A stretch of 64,000 nucleotides of DNA from an uncultured Candidatus Saccharibacteria bacterium (GCA_964628585.1 CAZVMH010000003.1:28470-92469), one strand, 5' to 3'; positions 8,374 through 19,000 are shown, numbered from the stretch's first letter. Numbers and translations: made by a program. Notes: generated by a model from the letters alone, not told the origin.

Positions 8374-10149
8374 TTAATCATTATTATACTTTAAATACAA
8401 TAGCACTCCGTTTGAAATCGTTCCTTCTGGGTCACTCTGATTCTCCAATCTAGCCGAAACCGAGCACTTAATACCGTCTGACTTGTAAGCATAATACCAG
8501 CCATCGGTTGATTTTGGATCCTGTGGTAAGGTCGTAATGTAAGTGGGCACCAATGCTCGATATATTGTATTTTCTGTAGTATTTAATTTTAGAAGTGCCG
8601 AAGAAACCGGGTAATAGCCCATCTTGGATTTATAGTTTTTTAAAGCAGCCAAAATATTAGTAACGTCCTGTTTTCTGGTCTGATCAGTCGTGACTACTGG
8701 CGTTTCAGTTACGGCCGTTTTTTTAGTCGTAATAATATCTGATTCGCTAATAGTAGTAAAAGTATTTTTAATGTTAAAATCATAAAAATTAATTTCAGCT
8801 GTTATTGAACGAGTGGTCGAAGTTATTGGCGGAATGATTTTCAAGTTTGCTTGATGAATCTTCTTATCTCTCACCCCAATCCAAACCTCACCGGTTACAT
8901 TCTGTGCCATTTCTGAAGTTATACCAAGAGAAGAAAGAGAGTTGCCAATTTCTGCACTATCAATTGTATACTTAAAGCATCGAATTCCATCAATTTTTTC
9001 ATTGCCGGTTCTTTCTCCAGAAGCTGAAAGACCCTGACTTTTTTCCGCTTTAAAAATATCAGTTTGAATATTTTTTGATTGCAGTTTAGGAATTTTATAG
9101 TTTATCCACAAAGCAGAATCGCCTGCATATGAACCAACACTATCTTTAACAAATAGATCAGAGTTTTTATTTATCAAATTAATTTTAGAGCCATTTTTTT
9201 TAATCAGAAATTCTGCCTCACTTGCACTCGAAGCTGCTTTCATTGTAAAATCTGCTTCGATCGTTTCTATTGTGGCTTGTGTTGTGGTCAATGCCGAAAT
9301 CGATACGTCATTGGTGCTTGTTGTATTAGGGATACTGTCAGAATTACCAGTAACAATATCTACTAACGAAGAAGTAATATCCGATTCTGCACTCGAATCA
9401 ACGATAAGATCAATATTGCCTTTTGTTTTATAGCTAGTAACTTCTTGCATTTCAAATAGCGATTTGCCAAGAGCAGAGGAACTATTTTTAGAAAGACCCC
9501 CCCAAAGTTGTTCCATCCCGACCGATCCATAAGCTTTTTCCAGTCCGATAGAGAGAAAGCCGAATTCTGTTAAAGTAACTGCAAGAGCAGAAAAGAAGAT
9601 AATAATAATTAAGATTATTCCTAGTCTTTCTCGTATTAAAGAAAAAATCGGTTCATCATTTCGTTTTGATATTACTGGCTGAGTACCAGTGACCTCTGGA
9701 CTAGTGCCGGAATTAGTCAATTGAGGCATAATTTTTGACTCGGAAAAATCAATTGGCGCTTCTTCTTTTTTAATGAAATCCGTTGCCGGAACTTTTTTCC
9801 CAACTTTCTCTTCTACATCACTCGGAACCTTTAGTGGTTCGTTAACAATTTCCTTTTTGGGCATTAAATTACCAACAATTTTTGGCTTTTCTTCAGGAAC
9901 TTCTGGCACATCTTCATCCCAAGGACTAGAAGAAACTGATCTGGGAGAAGCTGTCGGGGAGGCGCTTTGAGTCGGTGAAGGGACTCGAGTCTTTGTTGGT
10001 ACAGATTTTGGAGTTGGAGTGGGCGCCGGCGCCGATACTGGCACAGATGCAAAAACTGGATTTTGAGTCGAAGTCAAATCTATAGGTAGAACAGAAGAGT
10101 CGCCTCCAGCTGAAGTGGGGTTAGTAGTCGCTTTTTTAATGTCGTTCAT
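8374..10149 (-). CDS. Hypothetical bitopic surface protein. Pro/Ser/Thr-rich N-terminal region, one TM, a large ectodomain, and a pseudopilin-like C-terminal domain.
   Basis: 591 aa. TM segment LGIILIIIIFFSALAVTLTEFGFL at about residues 180-205. The C-terminal approximately 95 aa (DVTNILAALKNYKSKMGYYP...LPQDPKSTDGWYYAYKSDGIKCSV) resemble the globular domain of T2SS pseudopilins/type IV pilins (LPKDPWG..Y.Y), but there is no prepilin leader. Confidence 0.5.
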   Translation of the reverse strand: MNDIKKATTNPTSAGGDSSVLPIDLTSTQNPVFASVPVSAPAPTPTPKSVPTKTRVPSPTQSASPTASPRSVSSSPWDEDVPEVPEEKPKIVGNLMPKKEIVNEPLKVPSDVEEKVGKKVPATDFIKKEEAPIDFSESKIMPQLTNSGTSPEVTGTQPVISKRNDEPIFSLIRERLGIILIIIIFFSALAVTLTEFGFLSIGLEKAYGSVGMEQLWGGLSKNSSSALGKSLFEMQEVTSYKTKGNIDLIVDSSAESDITSSLVDIVTGNSDSIPNTTSTNDVSISALTTTQATIETIEADFTMKAASSASEAEFLIKKNGSKINLINKNSDLFVKDSVGSYAGDSALWINYKIPKLQSKNIQTDIFKAEKSQGLSASGERTGNEKIDGIRCFKYTIDSAEIGNSLSSLGITSEMAQNVTGEVWIGVRDKKIHQANLKIIPPITSTTRSITAEINFYDFNIKNTFTTISESDIITTKKTAVTETPVVTTDQTRKQDVTNILAALKNYKSKMGYYPVSSALLKLNTTENTIYRALVPTYITTLPQDPKSTDGWYYAYKSDGIKCSVSARLENQSDPEGTISNGVLLYLKYNND

Positions 10150-10296
10150 CGCCCTCCTTTGTCTTGCTCTCTCATTATATCATGAAATCAAATAAATTTA
10201 CTTCACGAACTTTATGAACCTTATAAACTTTTAACTTTATAACAAGATACAATAGTCACAAATCAAAGCGTTAAAAGGAGCGAAGCGCACTTATAA

Positions 10297-11514
10297 TTAA
10301 AGTTGACTTGCGGTTTTTAATGCTTCATGCAACTGCTCATCGACACTCAAATCTTCATCGTTAGATATTTTTATGTCAGCTTCAATCCCCTTGCCATTTA
10401 TCTCAGTGCCGTTTGGTGTAAGCCATTTTGCAACTGTAATTTTTACAGCCGAACCATCAGATAAATCAATTAATTCTTGAACACTGCCTTTGCCAAAAGT
10501 TTTTTCTCCAACTAATTTTATTGATTTACGATCTTTTAACGCTCCAGCTGTAATCTCTGAGGCCGAAGCGGAACCACCGTTAATCAATATCACAACCTTA
10601 CAATCTTTGAGCGTTGAATTACCTTCAGACCTATAATCCTTTTTGGCAACGTTTTTACCTTCTTCAGATACGATGACTCCATCTGGAATAAAATAACTCG
10701 AAATTTGAATTGCCGTTTCTAGATAACCGCCTGGGTTATTGCGCAAATCTATCACAACTATTTTGTCTTTTGTTTTTAAGGCGTTCTTGGCTGCCTGATC
10801 AAACAAAGCTAAAGTATCATCACCAAATTGACGAATTTTTATATAAGATATTTCCTTACCTTCATAAGTCTTTGTTTCCGATTCAACACTTTTGACGACA
10901 ATTTTTGCTCTCTCAATTTCAAATACTTTTAGTTCTTCGCTACCATCACGAAGTATTTCAAGCTTAACTTTTGTACCAGCCTCACCTCTAATTTTATTAA
11001 TTAACTCATTAAAACCAATATCAGAAGTACTGATTCCGTCGACTTTTGAGATAATGTCGTTTGGTTTTAAGCCCGCTTTTTCGGCTGGAGTATCAGAAAG
11101 TGGCGCCACCACTGTTGGCATTCCATTTTTTGCAATTAATTCAATGCCAATCCCATAAAATTCTCCGCCAATGTCTTCTCTAAATTGTTTATTTTCTTCT
11201 TTCGTAAAATATGTTGTATATGGGTCACCAGTTGAGGACAGTAGGCCCAAAATTGCTCCCGAAACCATATCTTTATCGTTTAAATTGGCTGTCGATTTTT
11301 CCTTCATCTTGTTCCAGGCTTCCCAAAAAACAGAAAAATCGACTCCGTTCGCCTTTGCATCGTTAATGTTCGAGATCCTAATTGATCCGAGAGAAAATGA
11401 AAATGTTCCCTTGTGCCCAAAGTTCATTCCTGCCACAAAAACCAAAAAAAATATTGAAAATACAACAACAAAAAATGCAATTTTTTTTAGGATTGAGAGT
11501 TTTCCATTTTTCAT
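10297..11514 (-). CDS. C-terminal processing peptidase (S41, CtpA-like) with PDZ domain
   Basis: 405 aa. N-terminal TM, PDZ region (GIGIEL...PAEKAGLKPNDII) and S41 catalytic region VVIDLRNNPGGYLETAI...GSASASEI. Confidence 0.85.
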   Translation of the reverse strand: MKNGKLSILKKIAFFVVVFSIFFLVFVAGMNFGHKGTFSFSLGSIRISNINDAKANGVDFSVFWEAWNKMKEKSTANLNDKDMVSGAILGLLSSTGDPYTTYFTKEENKQFREDIGGEFYGIGIELIAKNGMPTVVAPLSDTPAEKAGLKPNDIISKVDGISTSDIGFNELINKIRGEAGTKVKLEILRDGSEELKVFEIERAKIVVKSVESETKTYEGKEISYIKIRQFGDDTLALFDQAAKNALKTKDKIVVIDLRNNPGGYLETAIQISSYFIPDGVIVSEEGKNVAKKDYRSEGNSTLKDCKVVILINGGSASASEITAGALKDRKSIKLVGEKTFGKGSVQELIDLSDGSAVKITVAKWLTPNGTEINGKGIEADIKISNDEDLSVDEQLHEALKTASQL

Positions 11515-11523
11515 TGAAATATT

Positions 11524-12690
11524 TTACCCAGCAGTCGCCAAGTGCCCATATAATGTTATTGTATCGTCATCATGCAGAATTACCACCGCGTAACCATAAC
11601 CACCATACCATTGTTTTAATACTATTTCGCCAGAACCAGCCGCAAAAATTGGATCACCTTGAACACCCGGAACCTGTGCTCCAATATCAAGACCGGTGTG
11701 ATAAGAATAGCCACAGACGGTACAAGTGGCTGGCCCAAATTCCTGGGTAACTCTTTGCGATACTGTTGGCCATACGAATCTTGATCCTAGATAATTTCTT
11801 GGATTAACAGCTTGGTTACTTGAAGTACGAACTTCAAAATGTAAGTGGGCACCGGTAGAATTACCAGTTGAACCCATTGTTCCAATTAAGTTTCCTGGAT
11901 TAACTCTTTGCCCCTTGCCTCGTTCTGCTCCCCACGATCCAGAACGAGCCGAAATGATCGCAATAATTTGCATTTCAATTTCATATTCTCGTTTAAGGGC
12001 AGTTTTCTCTTGTTCTGTATATTCCTTTATAGCAGAGGTAGCATTATTAAGCAATCTCTCTTTATACGAAGCCTGGCTTTCTAAATAAGATTTTTGTTCT
12101 TTCTGACTATTTTGAAGATCAGACAAGCTTACAAGTTGTGCGTCTTGGGTCGCTTTTTGAGCGCTAAGATCTTCTTTCATTTTTTTTATTTTCTCCATCG
12201 TCACATCTATCTGCTGTGAAACCGAATCATAATACTGTTGCTGGGTAACGATATCAGAAAGGTTATTTGAGCTTAAAACTGTTTCAAATAAATCAGATTC
12301 CCCCTCCATATATCTTGAGACCAAAACATCATTTAGTTTACTCTTTTCTTTCGTGAGGTTTTCTTCTTCGGTTTTTATCTTCTGTTCCAAATCAGCAATT
12401 GTTGTTTCGGTTGTAGTAATTTCTGACAATGTCTTATTAAGCGCTGATTGAGTTTGGCGTATGTTATTTTCGATCGTGCTTATTTGTGACGCAACCTGGG
12501 CCGCTTCCTGTTTTTTTTGATCAGCTAGTCTTTTTGCTTCGGCCGCCTTTGCAGCATAATAATCTTTTTGCGCTTGCAATTGTGAAGCGGTTAGAGCCAA
12601 TGCTGCAGTCGCCTGTGAAAAAGTAAGTATTAGCAACAAGACAATAATAAGCTTATTTAGCAATTTCATTTTTTTGGATATTTTTTTCAT
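11524..12690 (-). CDS. M23/LytM family peptidoglycan endopeptidase with N-terminal coiled coil (EnvC-like)
   Basis: 388 aa. Signal/TM, a long coiled-coil region, and a C-terminal M23 motif GSTGNSTGAHLHFEVR. Lies immediately downstream of ftsE-ftsX, the FtsEX-EnvC arrangement. Confidence 0.8.
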   Translation of the reverse strand: MKKISKKMKLLNKLIIVLLLILTFSQATAALALTASQLQAQKDYYAAKAAEAKRLADQKKQEAAQVASQISTIENNIRQTQSALNKTLSEITTTETTIADLEQKIKTEEENLTKEKSKLNDVLVSRYMEGESDLFETVLSSNNLSDIVTQQQYYDSVSQQIDVTMEKIKKMKEDLSAQKATQDAQLVSLSDLQNSQKEQKSYLESQASYKERLLNNATSAIKEYTEQEKTALKREYEIEMQIIAIISARSGSWGAERGKGQRVNPGNLIGTMGSTGNSTGAHLHFEVRTSSNQAVNPRNYLGSRFVWPTVSQRVTQEFGPATCTVCGYSYHTGLDIGAQVPGVQGDPIFAAGSGEIVLKQWYGGYGYAVVILHDDDTITLYGHLATAG

Positions 12691-12712
12691 AATAATTTAT
12701 TAACTTTTTTAA

Positions 12713-13618
12713 CTATTTTAAATGCTTCTTAACCGCAATGACTGAACAAAACCCTCCCAACAATATTCCTGCTAGGAATTGCATTAATATAATTAACACT
12801 ACATTTAAACCCAAATATGAAGAATTCAAATTGGAAAGACCCAAATATGTTTCTGCTTGTGGAATTGTTAGCCTAAAGAAAAAATAAAAAACAATTGAGG
12901 AAATTATTGCTCCCAATACCCCGTAACCAATTCCCTCCAATACAAATGGACCACGGATATACCAATCTGACCCTCCAACTAACTTCATAATATCAATTTC
13001 TTCAGACCGAGCAAATATTGTAAGCCTAACAGTATTATATATTATTAGAACTGATATCAGAACAAATACGATAGAAAGTGAGTATCCGATTTTCTTTACA
13101 AATTTAGTAATGTTAACCAACTTATTAATAAGTTGTTTATTTTTTTCATAACTTATTTGTTTAATGATTGGTTTATAATCGTCACCCAATAGATAAGTGT
13201 TAATTTTGTCCAAATCCTCTGGCGTTTGCGCTTTTACCTCTAAAGATTGCGGAAGCGGGTTTTCATCTTCGGTGATATAGTTCTTAACAGTTTCGTTGCC
13301 CTGTTGACTCTTCCAACGTTCTAGTGCTTTTTCTTTCGAAACATAATCAACATTTTTTACATCGGCTCTTGAAACAATAATATTCTGCAAAGCAAAAATT
13401 TGATCTTTCGAAGCAGTATCGTTGAAATAGACAATTAGATCCGCTTTATCACGAAGTGACTCAGTCGTCTTATTGGTAATCACCAGTAAACTAACAAAAA
13501 ATGAAATCGTGATTAGGGTCAGAACCATAATTAAAGTAGCAGCCAGTGAGAGCCACCAGTTTCGACAAAATGACTTAAATGAAGTTTTTGCAATTCTATA
13601 AAGTGTTGTTAAAAACAT
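12713..13618 (-). CDS. ftsX: Cell division permease FtsX
   Basis: 301 aa with four TM segments and a large extracellular loop after TM1. Positioned after ftsE. Confidence 0.8.
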   Translation of the reverse strand: MFLTTLYRIAKTSFKSFCRNWWLSLAATLIMVLTLITISFFVSLLVITNKTTESLRDKADLIVYFNDTASKDQIFALQNIIVSRADVKNVDYVSKEKALERWKSQQGNETVKNYITEDENPLPQSLEVKAQTPEDLDKINTYLLGDDYKPIIKQISYEKNKQLINKLVNITKFVKKIGYSLSIVFVLISVLIIYNTVRLTIFARSEEIDIMKLVGGSDWYIRGPFVLEGIGYGVLGAIISSIVFYFFFRLTIPQAETYLGLSNLNSSYLGLNVVLIILMQFLAGILLGGFCSVIAVKKHLK

Positions 13619-13632
13619 TCCCCATCCATTGT

Positions 13633-14613
13633 TTAAAGTATATATTTACCTTTTTCCTGATCTGATACTACTTTCCCTGCTCGCATTGTAATAACTCGAC
13701 GTTCCAGAGCATCCACCACCTCTTTATCGTGTGTCGCCAAAAGAACAATTGTGCCCTGATTATTAATTTTAAATAATAATTCAATAATCTCCCAAGTAGC
13801 AACAGGATCTAAGTTCCCAGTCGGCTCGTCTGCAATTAAAAGTTTTGGTTTATGGACAAGAGCTCTTGCGATTGAAACCCTCTGTTTCTCTCCTCCTGAA
13901 AGCTCCTCTGAAAAAGCCTTGCTTCTTGAGGTTAAACCAACAATTTCAATGATTTTAGGTACTCTTTCTGCAATTTCCTTGCTACTGACATCGGCTACTT
14001 CTAGGGCAAAGGCAATATTTTCATAAACAGTTTTCTTAGGCAAAAGTTTGAAATCTTGAAAAATAATGCCTACTTTTCTGCGATAGTATGGGAGTTCGCG
14101 TGGTTGTAATTTTGAAATATCTCTACCGGCAACTAGCACTTGTCCTTTTGTAGGTGGTTCTTCACAGGTTAAAAGACGAATTAAGGTTGATTTTCCTGCT
14201 CCAGAGGGACCAACCAAAGAAATGAACTCACCTGGAGCAACCTTGAAAGAGACATCATCAACCGCGTTTACTTTACCTGGATATATTTTTGAAATATTTT
14301 TAAATTCAATTACGGTCTCTCGTGTATGTGCTTTTTTTGAAATTACTTCGGGCCCTGATTGTTTCAATGCGGCATTATCTACTTTTGGTTTTGTTTCAAC
14401 TGCTTCTAAGGGAGACTCTTTCTGGAGTTTAACTTCTGGTTTTGGTCCCAAACCTGCTTCAACCTTTGCACCCGATTTTGCATCTTTAATTGCACTTGGT
14501 GTCACCAATGATTTTTCTTTTAAATCGATTTCGCTCATTTTGTTTTGAAATGTAAAATAATTAAACAGACTTTTCTTCTGCTTTATTATTATAGCACTAT
14601 TTGAAAAGTCCAA
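13633..14613 (-). CDS. ftsE: Cell division ATP-binding protein FtsE with a disordered N-terminal extension of about 100 aa
   Basis: Walker A GPSGAGKST, signature LSGGEKQRVSIARAL, Walker B LLIADEPTGNLD. The conserved core begins at VIEFKNISKIY, about residue 100, with no internal Met nearby. Confidence 0.85.
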   Translation of the reverse strand: MDFSNSAIIIKQKKSLFNYFTFQNKMSEIDLKEKSLVTPSAIKDAKSGAKVEAGLGPKPEVKLQKESPLEAVETKPKVDNAALKQSGPEVISKKAHTRETVIEFKNISKIYPGKVNAVDDVSFKVAPGEFISLVGPSGAGKSTLIRLLTCEEPPTKGQVLVAGRDISKLQPRELPYYRRKVGIIFQDFKLLPKKTVYENIAFALEVADVSSKEIAERVPKIIEIVGLTSRSKAFSEELSGGEKQRVSIARALVHKPKLLIADEPTGNLDPVATWEIIELLFKINNQGTIVLLATHDKEVVDALERRVITMRAGKVVSDQEKGKYIL

Positions 14614-14629
14614 CTAATCCACAGGGGGA

Positions 14630-17338
14630 TTATCTACCGCAACATTTTTTGTATTTTTTTCCGCTTCCACACGGACAAGGATCATTACGACCAACTTTTT
14701 TTACATTTTTGATTTGAGATCTTGGGCCACTTTGTCCTTCCGCCATTCGATCAAAAACACTCTTCCCCTTTTCTCGGATAACTGTTGTAACTCCGTTTTG
14801 AGAGTTCGATGTTTCGGATCTTGTATTCGTTTCACTGTCGACATTTTGAAAGTCCGATTTAGGCCGTTCGATTCCTCCGATTGAATTAGCATCTGGTGAT
14901 TTATATTCTAAAGGCCTTCGTGTAATTGGTTGTGTAGGAGGTACTTGTACCTCAACTTTCAATATGGTTTTAGCCACATTACTTTCAATAGTTCTTAGTA
15001 GACTCTGAAAAAGAAGGTACGCTTCTTGCTTATATTCAACCAATGGGTCTCGCTGTCCGTAACCTCGCAAACTTATACCAGTTCGTAGCTCGTCCATTGT
15101 AGTTAAGTGTTCAACCCAGAGCAGATCTATCGTTCGCAAGAATACCGCTTTTTCAATTTGACGCGCAAGCTCTTCCCCATATATACTCTCTCTTTGTTGA
15201 TAGATTTCTTTTACTTTTTTCGTTAATTTTTCTAGATCAATTGTGTTAACATTTTCTGGCCCAATAATCGCACCTAGCTCTAATTTGGCCTTCTCTTCAT
15301 CCTCAATATTATTATTAACAATACTTTCGACCTCATCTTCAAGAATATCAATTATTTCTTCCTTTAGATTTTTACCTTCAGACTTGTGATTTTCTAAAAT
15401 TGCTCTTCTCTTCCTATATATCACCTCTCGATGCTTATTCATTACATCGTCATATTCTACCAAATGTTTTCGAATATCAAAGTTATGACCTTCAACTTTC
15501 CGCTGAGCCGATTCTATTGAACGTGAAATCATCTTGTTTTCAATTGGCATATCTTCGGGAAGACCCAGTGTATTCATTAGGCTCTTCATCTTTTCACCAC
15601 CAAAGATTCTCATTAAATCGTCATCCATTGAAACAAAAAATTGAGATGACCCAGGATCACCCTGACGACCGGCACGACCTCGAAGCTGATTATCAATTCG
15701 ACGAGATTCATGCCTCTCTGTACCGATTACATGAAGACCACCAAGAGCAACCACACCTTCTCCTAGCTTAATATCGGTACCACGACCAGCCATATTAGTT
15801 GCAACCATTACAGCCCCTTTTTGACCAGCCTTAGCTACAATTTTTGCCTCTCTTAAATGATTTTTGGCATTTAAAACTTCGTGTTTTACTCCTGCTTTTT
15901 TCAAAAGCCGAGACAGGACTTCGTTTTTAGTTACCGAAACAGTACCAACTAAAACTGGTTGGCCTTTCTCTTGTTTGTCTTTTATTTCCTCTACTATAGC
16001 AGTAAGTTTACCCTCTTCAGACTTAAAAATTTTGTCAGGAAAATCTTTTCGTACCACTGGTTTATTGGTCGGAATTTCGGTTACGTCAAGTTTATATATT
16101 TTATAGAATTCTTCTGCTTCTGTAGCCGCTGTTCCCGTCATGCCAGACAATTTATTATAAAGTCTGAACAAATTTTGGAATGAAATTGTGGCCATTGTCT
16201 GAGATTCTTGTTTTACTTCTACGTTTTCCTTCGCTTCAATGGCCTGGTGAAGACCCTCCGAATACCTTCTACCTACCATTAAACGTCCCGTAAACTCATC
16301 AACAATAATAATTTCACCATCTTTGACAATATAGTCTTTGTCTTTTTTGAAAAGAGTTTGTGCCTTAAGTGCCTGCTCCAAATGATGAACCATTGTGATT
16401 CCATCTGTAGCATAAATATTTTTAATATTAAGTAATCCTTCGATCTTTTTGATACCCGCATCAGTCAAAGTGACTACTCTGTCTTTTTCATCTATCACGA
16501 AATCAGACTCTGCTTTCAATTTTGGAATTAAAGCAGAAAATTGTTGGTACATCCCAGCCGATTCGGCTGCGGGCGCAGAAATAATCAAAGGCGTTCTGGC
16601 TTCATCAATTAAAATGGAGTCAACCTCATCAACTATGGCATAGTTCAATTCGCGTTGAGAACATTGCTCCACCGATGGCGCCATATTGTCACGCAAATAA
16701 TCAAAACCATATTCGTTATTTGTGCCGTAAGTAATATCGCAAGCATAAGCATCTTTTCTCGAACATGGTTCTAAATTTTCTCCTTCACATTCAGAGTAAT
16801 GTTTATAGTCGCGAGTTTTTTTGAAACGATAGCTTTCTTGATTACTTTGGATAATACCTGTTGATAGCCCTAGAAAGTTAAAAACTTCACCCATTCCTTC
16901 ACCCTGATGTTTGGCTAGATAATCATTTACAGTAACTAAGTGGGCCCCACGCCCAGTTAGAGCATTTAAGAATAGTGGCAGAGCAGCCACAATAGTTTTA
17001 CCCTCACCAGTTTTCATTTCGGCAATTTTACCCTGATGCAAGACCATACCGCCAATCATTTGTACATCAAAATGACGCTCGCCCCAGACCCTTTTAGTCG
17101 CTTCTCGAACAAGTGCAAACGCTTCCGGTAAAATCTGGCTTAATAGCTCTTTCTCCCTCTCATTATCGCCGCCAGCTTGAGATAGTTTGACCTTCAATTT
17201 TTCTGTTACTTCTGTGAGTTGTTTATCGGTCAATTTCTGTAATTCAATTTCAAAATTCTCCGCTTCTTTTACTTGCGGTTGCATATCAGTAATAACTCGC
17301 TGATTTGTGAAATTAAAAAACTTTGAGAATATGGACAT
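14630..17338 (-). CDS. secA: Preprotein translocase ATPase SecA
   Basis: 902 aa. DEAD-like motor motifs (MKTGEGKT, DEVDSILIDEARTPLIIS), C-terminal zinc-binding CPCGSGKKYKKCCG. Confidence 0.95.
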   Translation of the reverse strand: MSIFSKFFNFTNQRVITDMQPQVKEAENFEIELQKLTDKQLTEVTEKLKVKLSQAGGDNEREKELLSQILPEAFALVREATKRVWGERHFDVQMIGGMVLHQGKIAEMKTGEGKTIVAALPLFLNALTGRGAHLVTVNDYLAKHQGEGMGEVFNFLGLSTGIIQSNQESYRFKKTRDYKHYSECEGENLEPCSRKDAYACDITYGTNNEYGFDYLRDNMAPSVEQCSQRELNYAIVDEVDSILIDEARTPLIISAPAAESAGMYQQFSALIPKLKAESDFVIDEKDRVVTLTDAGIKKIEGLLNIKNIYATDGITMVHHLEQALKAQTLFKKDKDYIVKDGEIIIVDEFTGRLMVGRRYSEGLHQAIEAKENVEVKQESQTMATISFQNLFRLYNKLSGMTGTAATEAEEFYKIYKLDVTEIPTNKPVVRKDFPDKIFKSEEGKLTAIVEEIKDKQEKGQPVLVGTVSVTKNEVLSRLLKKAGVKHEVLNAKNHLREAKIVAKAGQKGAVMVATNMAGRGTDIKLGEGVVALGGLHVIGTERHESRRIDNQLRGRAGRQGDPGSSQFFVSMDDDLMRIFGGEKMKSLMNTLGLPEDMPIENKMISRSIESAQRKVEGHNFDIRKHLVEYDDVMNKHREVIYRKRRAILENHKSEGKNLKEEIIDILEDEVESIVNNNIEDEEKAKLELGAIIGPENVNTIDLEKLTKKVKEIYQQRESIYGEELARQIEKAVFLRTIDLLWVEHLTTMDELRTGISLRGYGQRDPLVEYKQEAYLLFQSLLRTIESNVAKTILKVEVQVPPTQPITRRPLEYKSPDANSIGGIERPKSDFQNVDSETNTRSETSNSQNGVTTVIREKGKSVFDRMAEGQSGPRSQIKNVKKVGRNDPCPCGSGKKYKKCCGR

Positions 17339-17344
17339 ATAAAG

Positions 17345-17713
17345 TTATTTCTTGCGTTTGATTACTTTGAGAAGTTTCTCAAATCTTCCTCCACCACCAC
17401 GTTTTACCTTATCGATTCTCTTGCGGTGATATCTAGAAAGTTGACGCTCAAATCTTTTAAGAGCAATGGCAAACGCACGCAGCAACCTGTCGTCTTCCTC
17501 TTCAATAAAGATTTTTTCCTTGCCAAAAGTTGCGTTAATATGAACGTTTTGATCTACTCCACCCTTTTCTTCACTGGTCTCATCCTTAAGCAATAAATCA
17601 ATAATTATGTTCTCATCTGGCAGATATCTTTTCATTCGAGAAAGCTTCTTCTCCATCATCGCTTTTTGTTTCGCCGTAATAATAATACCGTCTGTATGAA
17701 TGTTAATTTTCAT
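17345..17713 (-). CDS. hpf: Ribosome hibernation promoting factor / RaiA (sigma-54 modulation protein family)
   Basis: 122 aa, MKINIHTDGIIITAKQKAMMEKKLSRMKRYL... Classic position upstream of secA. Confidence 0.75.
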   Translation of the reverse strand: MKINIHTDGIIITAKQKAMMEKKLSRMKRYLPDENIIIDLLLKDETSEEKGGVDQNVHINATFGKEKIFIEEEDDRLLRAFAIALKRFERQLSRYHRKRIDKVKRGGGGRFEKLLKVIKRKK

Positions 17714-17726
17714 TATTCTCCCTCAA

Positions 17727-18992
17727 TTACTTACTAATTTGTTTAAATGGTAAATATTTCCAAAGAACTTTTGGAATCTTAATACTACCATCTTTTTGTT
17801 GAAAATTCTCTAGTATTGCAATAATTGGTCTTGTTATTGCAATAGCAGTGCCATTAATCATATGAACATATTCTTTGCTCGTATCTTCGTTTTTATATTT
17901 AATATTAAGCGCCCTTGATTGATAATCGGTACAGTTGGATGTTGATGTAATTTCAGCCCAATCACCCATTTCGCCAGTTTTATTTGGTTTGCCTGGCATC
18001 CAAGTCTCAAGATCGAAAGTTCGGAAGGATGGTGCGCCCAAATCTGCGCTGCAGTGGTCTATAACTCTAAATGGTATCTCCAAACCTTTAAATATCTCTT
18101 TTTCGATCTCTAGGACTTCATTATGAGCTTTTTCTGATTCTTCCGGCAAAGTGTATTGGAACATCTCTACTTTTGTAAATTGATGCACGCGAAATATACC
18201 TTTGGAGAACTTTGAATAACTACCTGCTTCAGTTCTAAAACAATGCGAGATTGCAACATACTTTTTAGGCAACTCTTTTCTCTCCAAAGTTTCGTCTTTA
18301 TGATAACCACCCATTATGATTTCGGCAGTGCCAATTAAACTCAGATCTGAATTCTCAATGTTATATATTTGTGTTGATTCTCCACGTGGGCTGTAGCCCA
18401 TATCGGATAAAATTTCTCTTTTCGCAAGATCTGGAGTCGCAAACGGAATAAATTTGTGTTTCATCGCCACATCAAAAGCATATCTGGCCAAAGCCATTTC
18501 AAGTAAAACTAATTCATTTTTAAGAAAGTAAAATTTGGCCCCAGATACCTTCGTTCCACGTTCAAAGTCGATAAGATCAAGACTTTCAGAAAGCTCAACA
18601 TGGTCTTTTGGCTTAAAATTAAACTTTGTCGGTCTGCCAAAACTTTCCAGCTCAACATTTTCATTCTCATCTTTGCTGACTTTCACTTTTGGATGTGTTA
18701 AATTTGGAACTTCTTGCATCAGCTCAAGATATTTCTCTTCAATTGGCTTGAGTTCTTTCTCGATACCTGAAATTTCTTCACCAACTTTTTTAATTTCGGC
18801 AATTATCTCCGGCGTTGGTTTTGTTTTTGAGGAAGAATTACGCTTCGCTCTAAGCTCTTCTACTTTTGTCTCTAGCTCTCTTTTCTTTTTATCGGTCGAA
18901 AGAAGAAGATCAATATCAACGCGAGATAATCGATCTGCAGAATTTTTCTTAACCAATTCTACATTTTCTCTAATGAATTTTATATCAAGCAT
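17727..18992 (-). CDS. serS: Seryl-tRNA synthetase
   Basis: 421 aa. N-terminal coiled-coil arm MLDIKFIRENVELVKKN and class II core motifs. Confidence 0.9.
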   Translation of the reverse strand: MLDIKFIRENVELVKKNSADRLSRVDIDLLLSTDKKKRELETKVEELRAKRNSSSKTKPTPEIIAEIKKVGEEISGIEKELKPIEEKYLELMQEVPNLTHPKVKVSKDENENVELESFGRPTKFNFKPKDHVELSESLDLIDFERGTKVSGAKFYFLKNELVLLEMALARYAFDVAMKHKFIPFATPDLAKREILSDMGYSPRGESTQIYNIENSDLSLIGTAEIIMGGYHKDETLERKELPKKYVAISHCFRTEAGSYSKFSKGIFRVHQFTKVEMFQYTLPEESEKAHNEVLEIEKEIFKGLEIPFRVIDHCSADLGAPSFRTFDLETWMPGKPNKTGEMGDWAEITSTSNCTDYQSRALNIKYKNEDTSKEYVHMINGTAIAITRPIIAILENFQQKDGSIKIPKVLWKYLPFKQISK

Positions 18993-19000
18993 TGTTCTCC

